NCBI RefSeq assembly: GCF_006345805.1
Contig: NC_043017.1
Coordinates: 2,790,001-2,854,000 of the forward strand
From: Octopus sinensis
Lineage: Eukaryota
DNA length: 64,000 bases
Direction of reading: 5' to 3'
The notes under the pieces are model-generated. The model was not told the DNA's origin. It was given only the letters and a program-made list of their open reading frames with translations, and searched no databases. Positions 36,436-49,995 of this stretch are shown here, one piece after another. How positions within the stretch are numbered: the first letter of the stretch is position 1; the number at the start of each line of letters is the position of its first letter. Both the position numbers and the translations under genes were made by a program.

Positions 36436-36949
36436 AAGATGAATTATATCCTACGACCTGAAAAAAACGACTCGGCAAAATATTACAAAAACGAAATAAG
36501 GCAAAAATTAAAAATGAAAAACAAATTGATAGAAAAGAAACATGGACGCTAGTGACCGCAGAGCAAAGATAACAGAAGAAATATTGAGCGGTCAGCATTG
36601 AAAACATGGCTCCAACATGGCATTCAGCCCGAGGGTTGAAATTTCACGAGTAAATAAACCAAAATTGAAAGACAGTGAATGTTTGGGAATACAAACGATT
36701 GCAGAAACATACACACATATATACCCACATAGGTATTGATCCAAAATATTTAAAGATATACGTATCTTGTGTGTGTGTGTGTATATATATATATTGTTGT
36801 ATTTGGAAATATGTAAGTTTGGTTGTATAAGTGCATGCATCATGAACGATATATGTACAATGTATATCATATTTATGACATTCTAACGCATCAAATGAAT
36901 ACCTATGTATATACATACATGCATATGAGTTGCATGTATAGCATCTATA

Positions 36950-37088
36950 GCATGTATATATGTATGTATGTTTCTATCTGTCTTTCTACCTATCTATGTC
37001 TTACTCTATCTGTCTGTCTGTCTGGTTGTCTGTCTGTCTGTCTGTCCGTCTGTCTATCAATCTCTCTCTCTCTCTCTCTCTCTCTATT

Positions 37089-37136
<48 letters not shown>

Positions 37137-37212
37137 ACCCACTCTCTGTTGTATCTCTATGACTGTATACGGGTGTGCGTGTGTACGTGTGTGTATGCGT
37201 GCGCGCACAAGT

Positions 37213-37243
<31 letters not shown>

Positions 37244-37515
37244 CACACACACATATATATATACATGCATTCTATAGTATATAACTGTGCATGCAATGTT
37301 ACTGTTATGGCTGTACGTCTTGCACTGAATATTCATGAGCTTATTTTATACATTCTATATTCACATATAAACACAGTTAAGCAGGAATGCTTTCAGTAGC
37401 TTAAGCACACACACACACACAAGAAGTCATATTCATAGATACATAGACCCTCAAACACGCATTAACTCACACACACACATACACATCTTTACATTTGTCC
37501 ATATCTAAATATATG

Positions 37516-37566
<51 letters not shown>

Positions 37567-37621
37567 ATATATACATATATAGATATGTATGTATATATAT
37601 ATATATATGCATATATATAAG

Positions 37622-37656
<35 letters not shown>

Positions 37657-37666
37657 TATATATATT

Positions 37667-37701
<35 letters not shown>

Positions 37702-37711
37702 AATATATATA

Positions 37712-37761
<50 letters not shown>

Positions 37762-38618
37762 ATACGTCTTTGTGCATAATGGATATCACATGTATAAATA
37801 TGCATAACGATAATGCATAAGCTTTTATTCACCGAAACAAGAAATATAGCTAGGTAGATAATATATATATTATTATTTTTTTAAAGATTGTTTTTTCTCT
37901 TTCCCAATCCTGACAAATAATTTCTCTTTGCAGTATTTTCCGGAATAGAAATATATATATATATATACATGCATGTATGCACATGCACCACTCACAAGGA
38001 CATACACATACGTATTTATACACACCCACACATTTATGTATATATATATATATATATACTCACTCACACACACAGACCCACATACTCTCATATGTTCAGA
38101 AACAAAGGCGGTGAGATAGTGGGAGCACAGGGTAGAAAAGCGAGCAATAGAAAATTGTACATACACATACGCATGCATACACACACACACACAGACACAC
38201 ATACACACACTCACACCTCTATGTATGTATGTATATGTGAAGATTGATAGAAATAAAGCGTGAGAGGGAGGGAGGAGCGTTTGCCAAGAATTCCATCTCC
38301 AAATTGGTAGTTCGTTGCCACTACATTACCACAAGTGAGGTTCTGATTTTAGCGCTTAAAAGCTTTTTAAAATCATTTGGTTATGTTCTCGGAATGCTGC
38401 CCATTACCTGACACATCTACAAACACACACACATGTACTGCACACACACAAACACACACACAAACACACACACAAACACACACACATGTACTGCACACAC
38501 ACAAACACACAAACACACACACACATGTACTGCACACACACATTTGTATGCATAAAAACATGCAAACATACATCCTTATACGCATGCACAAATGCACACC
38601 CCTACATACATACATACA

Positions 38619-38650
<32 letters not shown>

Positions 38651-38713
38651 CATATGGATAAATAGATAGATATAGATGTATATATATATATATATATGTA
38701 TATACATACAGAC

Positions 38714-38801
<88 letters not shown>

Positions 38802-38814
38802 TATATATATATAT

Positions 38815-38845
<31 letters not shown>

Positions 38846-39150
38846 TGCGTATATATATATATATATATATATAGTAATATGTACATATTATAGATATGCA
38901 TATGTATATATAAATGTGTGTATATATTTATAATACATCGTATATATATATACATATATGCTTGTGTGTATGTGTATATGTATATGTGTGTTTGTATGGT
39001 ACATAAACAGTACATTTGCAAAGACTAAACAAGAACCTATACATCACTATACACTCACGAATAATCGACACACGCACATATATACACACACATGCACACA
39101 CACGGCCTCACACACACACGGCCTCACACACACACACACACACACATATA
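36950..39150. repeat. Cluster of (TCTG)/(TCTA)/(TA)/(CA)/(TACA) microsatellites with short unique spacers
   Basis: Directly visible; all ORFs here are artefactual. Confidence 0.85.
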
Positions 39151-39689
39151 AGTATTTAAAAATGCTTTTTACTCCCTTTCTATAAGGCAAACTCTTCATT
39201 CCGTTATTTCTTCATCACTTTATTCTTATTTATTTTTCTATGCTTAGATTTATTACTTTCAATCTAATTCACTCTTTTTATTTGATGCTCTTCCGCTCCG
39301 CTGCTGCTGCTGATGCTGATACTGCTGCTGCTGTTGATGCTGGTATAGTTTTCTGTTGCTGTTGTTGTTGTAGTTTTTAGCAATTTCCGCTGTTGTGTTG
39401 TTAGATATTTCCGGCTTTTTCCGTACAGTATCAACTATTCGTGCCGTATACAAACTTCTCCGCAAACCATATAAACCATTCACATTGCTGATGAGCCTTC
39501 ATTAACAGATATGGTTTTTTTTCTTCTATTTTTTGTAGTTCTCTAACAGAACCAAACATATCGAAATAAAGACTTGGAATCGACAGCAGTTATATTCCTC
39601 GATGTAACTGCTCTTTGAGTATCTCCTTTGAAGTTAATTAAACGCTGAGGACACTCGCTAATTCGTATCTTATGGTGGAATAGATTCCC

Positions 39690-39890
39690 TCTAGCATTGT
39701 GCCTCGGGTCGAGCAACGATTTATAAGTGAATTTGCAAGCTGGAAACTGAGAGAATCCCATAGTACCAATAGTTTGCGATTCGCACCAGGCTTAAAAACA
39801 AGTTTGGGAGTCGATTTATTCGACGAAACCCTTCAAGGCCATGTCCCAGCATGGCCGCAGTCCAATGACTGAAACAAGTAAAAGATAGAA
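39690..39890 (+). mobile_element. Deleted/degenerate SINE B 3' part
   Basis: GTCGATTTATTCGAC..CCCAGCATGGCCGCAGTCCAATGACTGAAACAAGTAAAAG. Confidence 0.78.
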
Positions 39891-40020
39891 ATATTGCGTA
39901 TAGATATCTCGATACGGAATTCCTCAGGTTCATTATGCAACCCATTTGTACAAGTTATCTTGCGACCGTATCTGATTTACAAATCATTTGTTGACATGTA
40001 TTAAGCACAAGCGTATAGTA

Positions 40021-40122
40021 TAGGCGCGAGTGTGGTTGTGTGGTAAGAAGCTTGCTTCCCAACCACACGGCTCTGGATTCAGTCTCACAGCGCAGCACCT
40101 TGGGCAAGTGGTCTCTGCTATG
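40021..40122 (+). mobile_element. SINE B 5' head
   Basis: GGCGCGAGTGTGGTTGTGTGGTAAGAAGCTTGCTTCCCAACCAC..CACCTTGGGCAAGTG. Confidence 0.85.
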
Positions 40123-40399
40123 ACATATATATATATGTGTGTGTGTATGTGGGGGGGGGTTGTATATATATAACATATATATATACCCGAATGGTGCGGG
40201 TGAGGATGTGTACGTTTCAAGTGAGGGTGGATGAATGTATACTTTTAGGCGCACGCACGTGGGTGTGCAGGCGCGCATGTGTAGGTATGAACATGCTCGC
40301 TTACGTGAATACTATAAACTTATTATCCCCTTACTTTTAATCCTCCCCTCACTTAGCGGTCATTCAAATAGCTCTTTTGTCTTAACGGTCAATCACACA

Positions 40400-41080
40400 A
40401 TAATTTCCCTTTGTATAACGGTCATTGTGATGAAAAATGGGTTGTCACAATAACATCAATCAAAAACGATCATGGCGTGAGCGTAATGATCCAGCATGGA
40501 CCACATCGAAAGCTAAATTGCATCAAACAAAGGTCATGCTGTCAATTTGGTGGGATTACAAAGGTGTTGTGTATCTTGAGCTGCTCCCAAGGAACCAAAC
40601 GATCAATTCAGATATTTACTCTCAGCAACTAATGAAAGCGGAGGAAGAAATCAAAGAAAAAACAGCCAGAATTGGCAAATCGTAAAGGAATCGTGTTCCA
40701 CCATGACAGCGATAGGCCACACATGTATTTGCTAACTCGTGAAAAATTACTGGAGCTTAGTTGGGGAGTGATGTCACATCCACCATATAGCCCTGACCTC
40801 GCACCATCAGATTACCATTTATTTCGATGTTTACCATTTATTTCGAAGAATACCATTTATTTCAAAAGTAAAACTTTCAATAATGATGATGACCAGAAAT
40901 CAGATTTGCTTCCATTTTTGGCTGATAAGAACCAGAAGCATGAAATTGCCAAAAAGATGGCAAAATGTCCTCGAACAAAATGGAAAATATATAATTGATT
41001 CAAGTTTAATTTTTGTCAGTAAAAAAAAGATGACTTATATTTTGAACTAGGAAACCGAAATTACTTTTTTGCCAACCCAG
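40400..41080 (+). mobile_element. Mariner (D,D34D; mellifera-like) 3' half with frameshifted transposase and right ITR
   Basis: CDEKWVV, KVMLSIWWDYKGVVYLELLP, HHDSDRPH..HPPYSPDLAPSDYHLF (exactly 34 residues between the 2nd and 3rd D); ends GAAATTACTTTTTTGCCAACCCAG|TA. Confidence 0.92.
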
Positions 41081-41260
41081 TATATGTATAAAATCTGGTA
41101 ACCCCACCAAACTTGGACACACTGAGGGATGAAATACAGAACCCGTTTGTGGGATGAAAAACAGAACCCGTTGTAGAGTGGTAGAACCAACGAGAGTCAA
41201 CGGTGATCCGGTTGAGATTTGCTGTTTATCAGGATCGTGATATACTTGTACCATCTGTCA

Positions 41261-41655
41261 GGCGGTGAGCTGGCAGAAACGTTATCACGCCGGGCGAAAT
41301 GCTTAGCAGTATTTCGTCTGTCTTTACCTTCTGAGTTCAAATTCCGCCGAGGTCCAATTTGCCTTTCATCCTTTCGGGATCGATTAAATAAGTACCAGTT
41401 ACGCACTGGGGTCGATATAATCGACTTAATCCGTAGTCTGTCTTTGTTTGTCCTCTCTGTGTTTAGCCCCTTGTGGGTAGTAAAGAAATAGGTATTTCGC
41501 CCGTCGCTACGTTCTGAGTTCAAATTCCACCGAGGTCGACTGCATCTTTCATCCTTTCGCTGTCGATAAATTATGTACCCGTTGTGCACTGGGGTCAATC
41601 TAATAGACTGGCCCAACCTCGAAAAGATTTCGGGCCTTATGGCTAGAATAATAAA
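41261..41655 (+). mobile_element. SINE family A dimer
   Basis: Full head GGCGGTGAGCTGGCAGAAACG; junction AAAGAAATAG|GTATTTCG at 41491; second monomer ends GATTTCGGGCCTTATGGCTAGAATA. Confidence 0.92.
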
Positions 41656-42742
41656 AAAAATACTTGCACAACCTGTTGCTATCAGCCGTAATAAAAAGTG
41701 TGATTGTTTCCTCACAAGTCCCCAAGACTTTAAACAAATCGCTGTACGGATTATGCAAAGGATTTGGTAATTCTATTTTTTATCAACGTCATCCTGAAAA
41801 AGAAAAAGAATGGGAGGAACAAATATAAAATTCTTTGGCCTTCATGCATTGAATGCAACAAGAGTGTCCATTATGTATAAAAAACAAACATATATAACTA
41901 TAAGCACAGATACGTACATACGTTAATATTTGTCTCTACATATACATATACATCTACATATAGATATATATACATCCGTATATGTATATATATTTATATG
42001 CACACACGTGCACACACACACATGCGCACACTCACACACATATATATATATACATACACACATATATTTATACACACAGGCATAGAAGCATGTGTGCGTT
42101 TCTGCCACTTTCTCTGTGGGTGAATATATATGTGTGTGTATAAATATATGTGTGTGCATGCGTGTGTCTGTGTGTGTGTGCATGCGTGTGTGTGCGTGTG
42201 TGTATATGTGTGTGTCTGCTCGTGTATAAAATGAAACAAACAAACAGCCAAACAGCCAAACAAACGGAATCAATAAGAGTTCATCCATCATTCTTGACAA
42301 GATTTCTATCATTGAACTAAAACATATGACAGTTGTCTTTCATTCTTGGAGCGACGAGAAGCTCAGGAAAAATTTCCTTTAGCCCTATTCGTTTATCTAT
42401 ATCTACATTTATACACATATATATCTAACTCTCCCTTTGTCTGTCTGTTTGTCTCTCCCCCCTCTCTCTCTTGTACTCTCTCCCTTCCTCCACACATACA
42501 CGTAATTGATTTATTTGTTCAAATTCATCCTTAGGTCTTCTCTGATACGAAAGACCTCTGATGCAATTTTTTTCAGACTTGACACTCGCTTCTATTTTTC
42601 AGGTATTATATTATACAGAGGGTCGTAGAGTTACATGACTTTCTTTGCTCTGTGACAGACTGTCATTTGAGGAACACATGGCTGCTATTTCTAGCCAACT
42701 GTACGACAACAAAGAGTTGGAAGAAGTCTACTAAATATTCGT

Positions 42743-43068
42743 TTCTACTCTAGGCACAAGTCCCGAAATTTAGTGGGAGGGACCAGTCGATTAGATCGAC
42801 CCCAGTACGCAACTGGTACTTAATTCATCGACTCCCAAAGGATGAAAGGCAAAGTCGACCTCGGCGGAATTTGAACTCAGAACGTAGCGGCAAACGAAAT
42901 ACCTATTTCTTTACTACCCACAAGGGACTAAACATAGTGAGGTCAAGCAAGGACAGACAAACAGATTAAGTCGATTATATCGACCCCAGTGCGTAGCTGG
43001 TACTTATTTAATCGACCCCGAGAGGATGAAAGGTAAAGTCGACCTCGGAGGAATTTGAACTCGGACCG
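42743..43068 (-). mobile_element. SINE family A dimer, 5'-truncated
   Basis: Same junction (CGAAATAC|CTATTTCTTT) at about 42900. Confidence 0.9.
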
Positions 43069-43074
43069 TATCTT

Positions 43075-43222
43075 GATATGAGATCACCATGTCGCGCACA
43101 TGTGGTTGTGATACATGTGCCTGGTGTACCCTTATCAGACGGGTTGTCATGATGGGTATGCTGGGCTTCGTATATTTTACCCCAATGTCACTTTGATGAC
43201 ATGCACTGCTCTCTCACTCAAT

Positions 43223-43282
<60 letters not shown>
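43075..43282 (+). mobile_element. Probable retroposon 3' end with (AAT)n tail
   Basis: About 145 bp of complex sequence ending ..CTCTCTCACTCAAT directly into about 20 AAT units; class uncertain (possibly R4/Dong-related). Confidence 0.45.
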
Positions 43283-43283
<1 letters not shown>

Positions 43284-44518
43284 TTTTTTAAATGATTGAC
43301 GATAATAAAAATAACAACAAGCGAAGAAACCAAAAATAATCTCAGCACGGTCATCTGACATACAAGAAATAATTGGTTAATCCCCTCCTTATCATTTAAA
43401 AAGCGAAGGACACGTCACTGATATTAGCATAAAGTTCAATGTAACAAGGTAAGCTATACGTATATTTTGGGAATTTGTTGTATAATTAGTTGTGAGCCAC
43501 AAATCTGTTATTTCGAATATTCTTCGTTTCTGTACTTAACCGAGGAATAACTTGCTTTCCCCCGACAAGCGATGGTGACTCATAATTACTGTAATGTTTC
43601 TCTCTGAACGTTTCCACACTTTCTACCGTCGTGTCTGTTTCTGGAAGCCTTCTATTTTTGTTTAGCCCTAAGGGAGCTATGATTAAGGAGACAAGACGTT
43701 CCAAACTATGACCGTCCCAGCTTGTTTTCCGTGTTTTTTTCGAGTGCTATTTTCTGGACGATATATCATAAAACGTCCGTTTTTGAAAGTGGGTATTTAA
43801 GAAAAAAAAAAAAAAAAGACAAGGGCTGTGTATGTTTTGAGGGATTTTTGTTTGTTATTCCTAGCATGAAATGCAACCATGTAGAGGCTTCGCTCGGCGT
43901 TTGTTCTATTCTTGAAGTGGCCTTGTAAGGGTTGGACGAGACAGAATTGAATAAAGCAGGACAGTTATCACTGCTCTTTTGGAGTGATTATTGTTAGTGT
44001 TTATCTCGGTTCTCGGATCTAATGAAGCTATTGATGCTTCAGAGGAAGATAAATACAAAGGGCAACAGAAGGGGAGGAGGAGAAGAAGGGAAAGAGAAGG
44101 GAAAGAGAAGGGAAGAGGAAGATAAAGGAGAAAAGAAGGCAAAGGTAAAGAGAAGGCGGTGAAGGGTGCAGTCAGTAAAATGTTGATCATCACATTCTGT
44201 AAAATTTTAGGCCAGCTTGTTAATGGAATCGATATATTCCTGGTCTGATATTTCTGATCACCTCTTTGATTACAATCGTTAGGTTGTTAGACTGTCTGCC
44301 ATGGCTGATTCACCTAATGATGATGATGATGATGATGATGATGCCGGCGACGACGACGACGACGATGTTGCTGTTGTTGTTGCTGCTGCTTACACTTAGG
44401 TCAGCCACTGAGTCAACAAAAAAAGCTAAACCTTACGAACGTAAAACCTTCCTAAAGACACCACCACCACCACCACTAGCTTCATCACCACCATCGCCAC
44501 AACGTGCAGCATCTAAAG

Positions 44519-44990
44519 CAGTGCTTCCCAAACGGGGTCCATACGGTTTCTGAGGGTCGATATAAGATTTTTATGGGTCCACGTAAGAAAATAGTAAATT
44601 AGGGATCCACAATGAATTTTAAGAGACACTTGAACATTTTTTTTCTACTTTAGTTGAACGTATTAGTATGTATTGCAAGGAACGGTGAGGTTTCTTTCGC
44701 CAACATTTTACATAGTTCAACCAACGCGTTAATGTGTTGAAAATAAAATAGGAATGGCTATAGGGGTCCACCTGAATGGAATAGTAATCAAAGGGGTTCA
44801 CGTGACAAAATAGTAATTTAGTGATCCAGAAAAGCAATGTAAAGGCCCTTGAAAATTTATTTTACATTAGCTGGATGGTGTTTATTGCAAGACACATCTA
44901 GGTTTCTTTCTCTCACATTTTACGCAGTTCAATCTCCACACGTTAATATGTTGAAAACGAAATAAGAATGCTTATGGGGCTCCACCAGAA
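44519..44990 (+). mobile_element. Possible hAT (Charlie-like) MITE remnant with GGGGTCCAC subrepeats
   Basis: Starts CAGTGCTTCCCAAACGGGGTCC; GG(G)TCCA(C) repeated several times; internal duplication ending GG(GT/CT)CCACC. Confidence 0.45.
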
Positions 44991-45058
44991 CAGCTTTTAT
45001 TCGGAGATATTATTACAAAATTAACTAATTTTGTAATAATATCTCCGAATAAGAGCTG
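44991..45058. repeat. 68-nt near-perfect palindrome
   Basis: 33-nt arms with one T/G mismatch and a 2-nt spacer (AC); the inner 27 bp are perfect. Confidence 0.95.
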
Positions 45059-45754
45059 GGATTCTCTCGGCTGCTATGAATTAGAACATAGGTTTAGTGG
45101 TTAATGCTAACCTATGGCTGTACGACAACAGCATCAACGACAACTTCTGCACTTTCATACAACCTCTTAATATCAGCAGCCATATCTACTTCAGATTATA
45201 CCTTATCGGATTAGAAACAGGCACATGAGACAATAAAGACTTAGAGCATTTATAAGAGACGGGAAGGTCACGCCTGGGACACATTTCGTTATAGGACTGC
45301 TCGATCTCGCTTCGTCTGCGGTGATGCAGCATCGGAAATAACAGCAGCTAAAACAAATATTTAATACAGAATTAATATGAAACCTAGACGACGATAACAA
45401 CGAGCTTGAAGCTGGAACCTGATAAAAGCACTCGTAGAATGCTGGCGAGAAGAAATTCTTTAAATGCAGACACGGCACCGAGATGGGGGAGGCGGGAGGA
45501 GGAGGGGGAGACACCACTCTTATAGTCACATTTGCAATCACGCCGTCGACACCAGCAGCCCAAAAGACTTCATCTAGCTCTATAGATCAGATAAGGAAAG
45601 GATGACGAAAGGAAGAGATATGCGATGGTAACGTGACATCGTGACGGCTGTATTAATGTCAGAAGATTCTCAGAGAGGTTATATTGCATAACACGCATCT
45701 AATTACCTCCGTCAACCAAACGTCACAGCCATACACAAACACTCACACCAACAA

Positions 45755-46730
<976 letters not shown>

Positions 46731-46828
46731 TCGGCTCGTAAGTTAATCGCTTTTTTTTACTGTTTATTGGAAAAGTTTGTTTCAAATTTTCGCACACAAG
46801 GTGTGTAACACACCCATCTTTCGTCCGT

Positions 46829-47326
46829 GTTCACTATCTGATCCGGGCAGAAATTTTACTCGTTCGGTCGGAGGGGATGCTTGAGTTTATTCAAAACCTT
46901 CGTAGCGCGGCCTTTCCTCTTGTCCTTTATGGTTTGGGATAAAAATTGGCTCTTTGTCATCTTGTATGACGAATACCAGATGTTTCCTTGCATTTCCTGC
47001 CTGTCAGAAACTCAGACACTCCGATGTCACTCTGATGGTTGACTTGGAGGGATCGTTGTCAGTCAGGGACTGAATTTCATCAACAAATTCAGGAGTTCTT
47101 TTCTGATCAGAACGATCAGAATGAGTTTTCCAAGCTGCCCTATCTTCGTAGACTCATCCAAATCTTTCCGAATCCACTGCACTGCCATCACATTGACAGC
47201 CAAACACTCTGACATGTTCGTATTGGAGTTTCCCGCGCGAATGCGAAGAAGTACAGAATGTCGTTTCCAAGTTTCTGGTAGAGTGAAATGAGTGATGGTG
47301 CTGTTTTTCTCGCTGACGGTGCCCAA
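46829..47326 (-). pseudogene. maT/DD37D-like (IS630-Tc1-mariner) transposase N-terminal fragment
   Basis: Across frameshifts: RTPEFVDEIQSLTDNDPSKS, DIGVSEFL, WYSSYKMTKSQFLSQTIKDKRKGRATKVLNKLKHPLRPN, E*NFCPDQIVN (the FFSD segment with the first catalytic Asp appears deleted). Confidence 0.75.
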
Positions 47327-47688
47327 CTGTCCCTCCTATACTGTGTAGTCGACAGTGGACAAAACGAAAAACAATGAATGCGTATGCGCGAAACTAAAAA
47401 TATAAAATGGTAACAATTTGCCCACCGCACCCTTTATATATATATATATATTGATAAAAATGGTTAGACAACAAAAGAATGAAAGAGACCTCGATATTAT
47501 GTAAATAATACGAAAAAGAATAAAAGAATATATGCATAGATACACACCCACACACACAAGTTGACCTTCGGTTATAGTACAACCCAAACATGACGTTCAC
47601 TTGCGACTAATCATGAATACACGTGCTTACAATTTGTGCTTCTTAATCGGATAGGTATGCTTCTTGAACTCTAAACGCTCTAACTAGT

Positions 47689-48110
47689 GTCAGCCCAAAA
47701 GCTGCGGCCATGCTGGGGCACCGCCGTTATATTTGTTACACCTTAAGGCATTTCGTGAACGAAGGAGTTTGATTCTGGTGCCCTCATCTGCATTTCTTGC
47801 CCTCAGGTTGCTTCATCCGAAACTTTTGACACGAAGAGATGCAGTTTTGGTTTGAAGACACCTACATCAACATCCTGCAGTTCTCGCGGGATATTTCGCA
47901 AGATATTAAAGAGCTGTGGGCCCTTGAAACCAAAACTGGTGCAATATCTGGTCCTTAAGCTTAATCTATCTTCCTTTACTTGTTCCACTCATCGGGCTAC
48001 AGTTAGGCTGTTAGCTTTGCCACACCTTCACAACTTGAAACCTTCTCTGATATGTGACATATCGTGAATAAAGGATTTTCGTGCCGCTGCCCTCATCTAC
48101 ATTTCCTGTC
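47689..48110 (-). mobile_element. CR1-clade LINE 3' end (ORF2 C-terminus plus 3'UTR)
   Basis: RTRYCTSFGFKGPQLFNILRNIPRELQDVDVGVFKPKLHLFVSKVSDEAT*GQEMQMRAPESNSFVHEMP*, then a 3'UTR GGCGGTGCCCCAGCATGGCCGCAGCTTTTGGGCTGA; a partial second copy of the QEM.MRA motif lies at about 48050-48110. Confidence 0.8.
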
Positions 48111-48747
48111 TATGCATTTTCTTAATTTCTTGTCTCACACATTCTTTAACATCTTTTAAAATCGCTCGACACTTTGTAACCAGACCTCCAATGATATATT
48201 CTGCTATTCTCTGAATAATTCCGACGTTTATTTCTCAATTATAATTTAGAGTTAAACACCATTTTCTAACACAGATATGCGATTTATTCTTGGATGTAAG
48301 AATTCTGAATAATTGCTTCACATTTTACCCAGTTTTCACTTAACTTAATTCAATCTATTTATGAAATAACTATTCCCAGACGAAACACACACATTCTGTA
48401 TTTATAATTTAATTATGAACTCTATATTGTAATTAAATATTAGGATATATAAGATCGAAATTAGAGATCTCGTTAACTGTAATCTCATAATTTATCTTTA
48501 ATAATTTCCAGACATAATATTTTATATTCAAAACAACTTTTTTTTAATACCTTAAATTTTTGTAATCTGTTAATAGTTTATACTTTTCTACTTCCCATCC
48601 AATGCTTTTGTCATACATTCAGGCTTCAGCTTTTGAAATTTTTCCATAGAGTGCTCATCGCTAGATATGTAAAACATTTATTCCCGTTAACATCCGTTAC
48701 GCACCGTTACCACCCGTAACACAAACACATTTGAATTTGTGTGTGTG

Positions 48748-48806
<59 letters not shown>

Positions 48807-48820
48807 TATATATATAAATA

Positions 48821-48981
48821 TCTATTATATAAAATTCGTTCTGTCTGTGTGTGTGTGTCTTCTAGGATCTCGGGCATCCTCCATCCGATTGCGCTCAAAT
48901 TTGATATGTAGATACTGACGGTATCAGGGCGTTTATAAGTGTACAAAAATCGATTCCAGGTGAGAATGCGATCGATAAAGG
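48821..48981 (+). mobile_element. Helitron-like non-autonomous element 5' end
   Basis: A|TCTATTATATAAAATTCGTTCTGTCTGTGTG..; second copy of 20281-20450; abuts (TA)n. Confidence 0.65.
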
Positions 48982-49207
48982 GAATAAAATCGTTTTTCTT
49001 TGGAAAAATGTCTTTCTTTATTTCTTCTTTTGCTGATGTCTCAAATTCAGGTTAAATCAATGTTTCTCAAAGGGGAGGCCTATGGGACGGTCGGACAAGT
49101 TGTTTTGAGAAAATTTGGTTTAAATGTTTGACAACTCAGTACCGTCCACTGGACGGGGGCCGTTTTGCTCGTATATATATATATACATATATATATTTGG
49201 TTTTACG

Positions 49208-49375
49208 TAGGCGTATTGGTATAATAATATTTTGCTTCTGAACCACAAGGTTCCGTGTTCAATCTGATGCCTCGGCATCTTGAGCAAATATCTTCTGCTA
49301 TAATGCCAAACCGAACGAACCGTTGCGAATGGTTTTGGTAGGTGGACAGTGAAAGAAGCTTGTCGTATACATACA
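49208..49375 (+). mobile_element. Degenerate SINE B 5' half
   Basis: AACCACAAGGTTCC..CATCTTGAGCAAATATCTTCTGCTATA..GAAAGAAGCTTGTCGTATA. Confidence 0.65.
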
Positions 49376-49446
49376 TCCACATGTGTATATGCACCCACAC
49401 AAATACACACACGCACACATAGACACTCATGTGTATGTACATATAA

Positions 49447-49995
49447 GCATGGCCTTGTGGTATGAAGCGTGGTTTCAACCACATGATTTCCAGTTCAGTC
49501 TCACACCGCGGCGCCTTGGGTGTCTTCAGCTACCTCCTCAGCCGACCTAAGACTTGTGACTAAATTCAATAGACACAAACTGAAAGAAGCCTGTCGTGCA
49601 TATATATAAATACATGTGTGTGTGTGTGTGTGTTTACATATGTACATACATACACACACACACATATAAATATATACACATATACACATATATATATATG
49701 TGTGTGTTTACATATGTACATACATACATACACACACACACATACACACACACACACACACACATATATATATGTGTGTGTGTGTGTTCGTTTGGGTCTT
49801 TGATTGCCCCACCCCAACATAGCTTGACAACCGATGCTGGTGTGTTTACGTCTCCGTAACTTAGCAGTTCGGCAAAAGAGACCGATAGAATAAGTACTAG
49901 GTTTACAAAGATTAAGTCCTGGGGTCGATTTGATCGACTAAAGGCGGTGCTCCAGCATGGCCGAAGTCAAATGACTGAAACAAGTAAAAGAGAGT
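49447..49995 (+). mobile_element. SINE family B with an expanded internal microsatellite
   Basis: Degenerate head, about 200 bp TA/TG/CA, well-preserved 3' half ending CCAGCATGGCCGAAGTCAAATGACTGAAACAAGTAAAAGAG. Confidence 0.88.

Noticed and set aside
39259-39483. 74-aa ORF with poly-Q/N
   Set aside because: Mostly CAG/CAA repeats; no homology or splice support.
41126-41174. 25-bp tandem duplication GGGATGAAA.ACAGAACCCGTT(T)GT
   Set aside because: Only two units with no spacer; not CRISPR-like, simple slippage.
41197-41715. 172-aa minus-strand ORF
   Set aside because: Antisense reading of the SINE A dimer.
43486-43704. 72-aa minus-strand ORF of ordinary composition
   Set aside because: No recognisable domain or splice signals.
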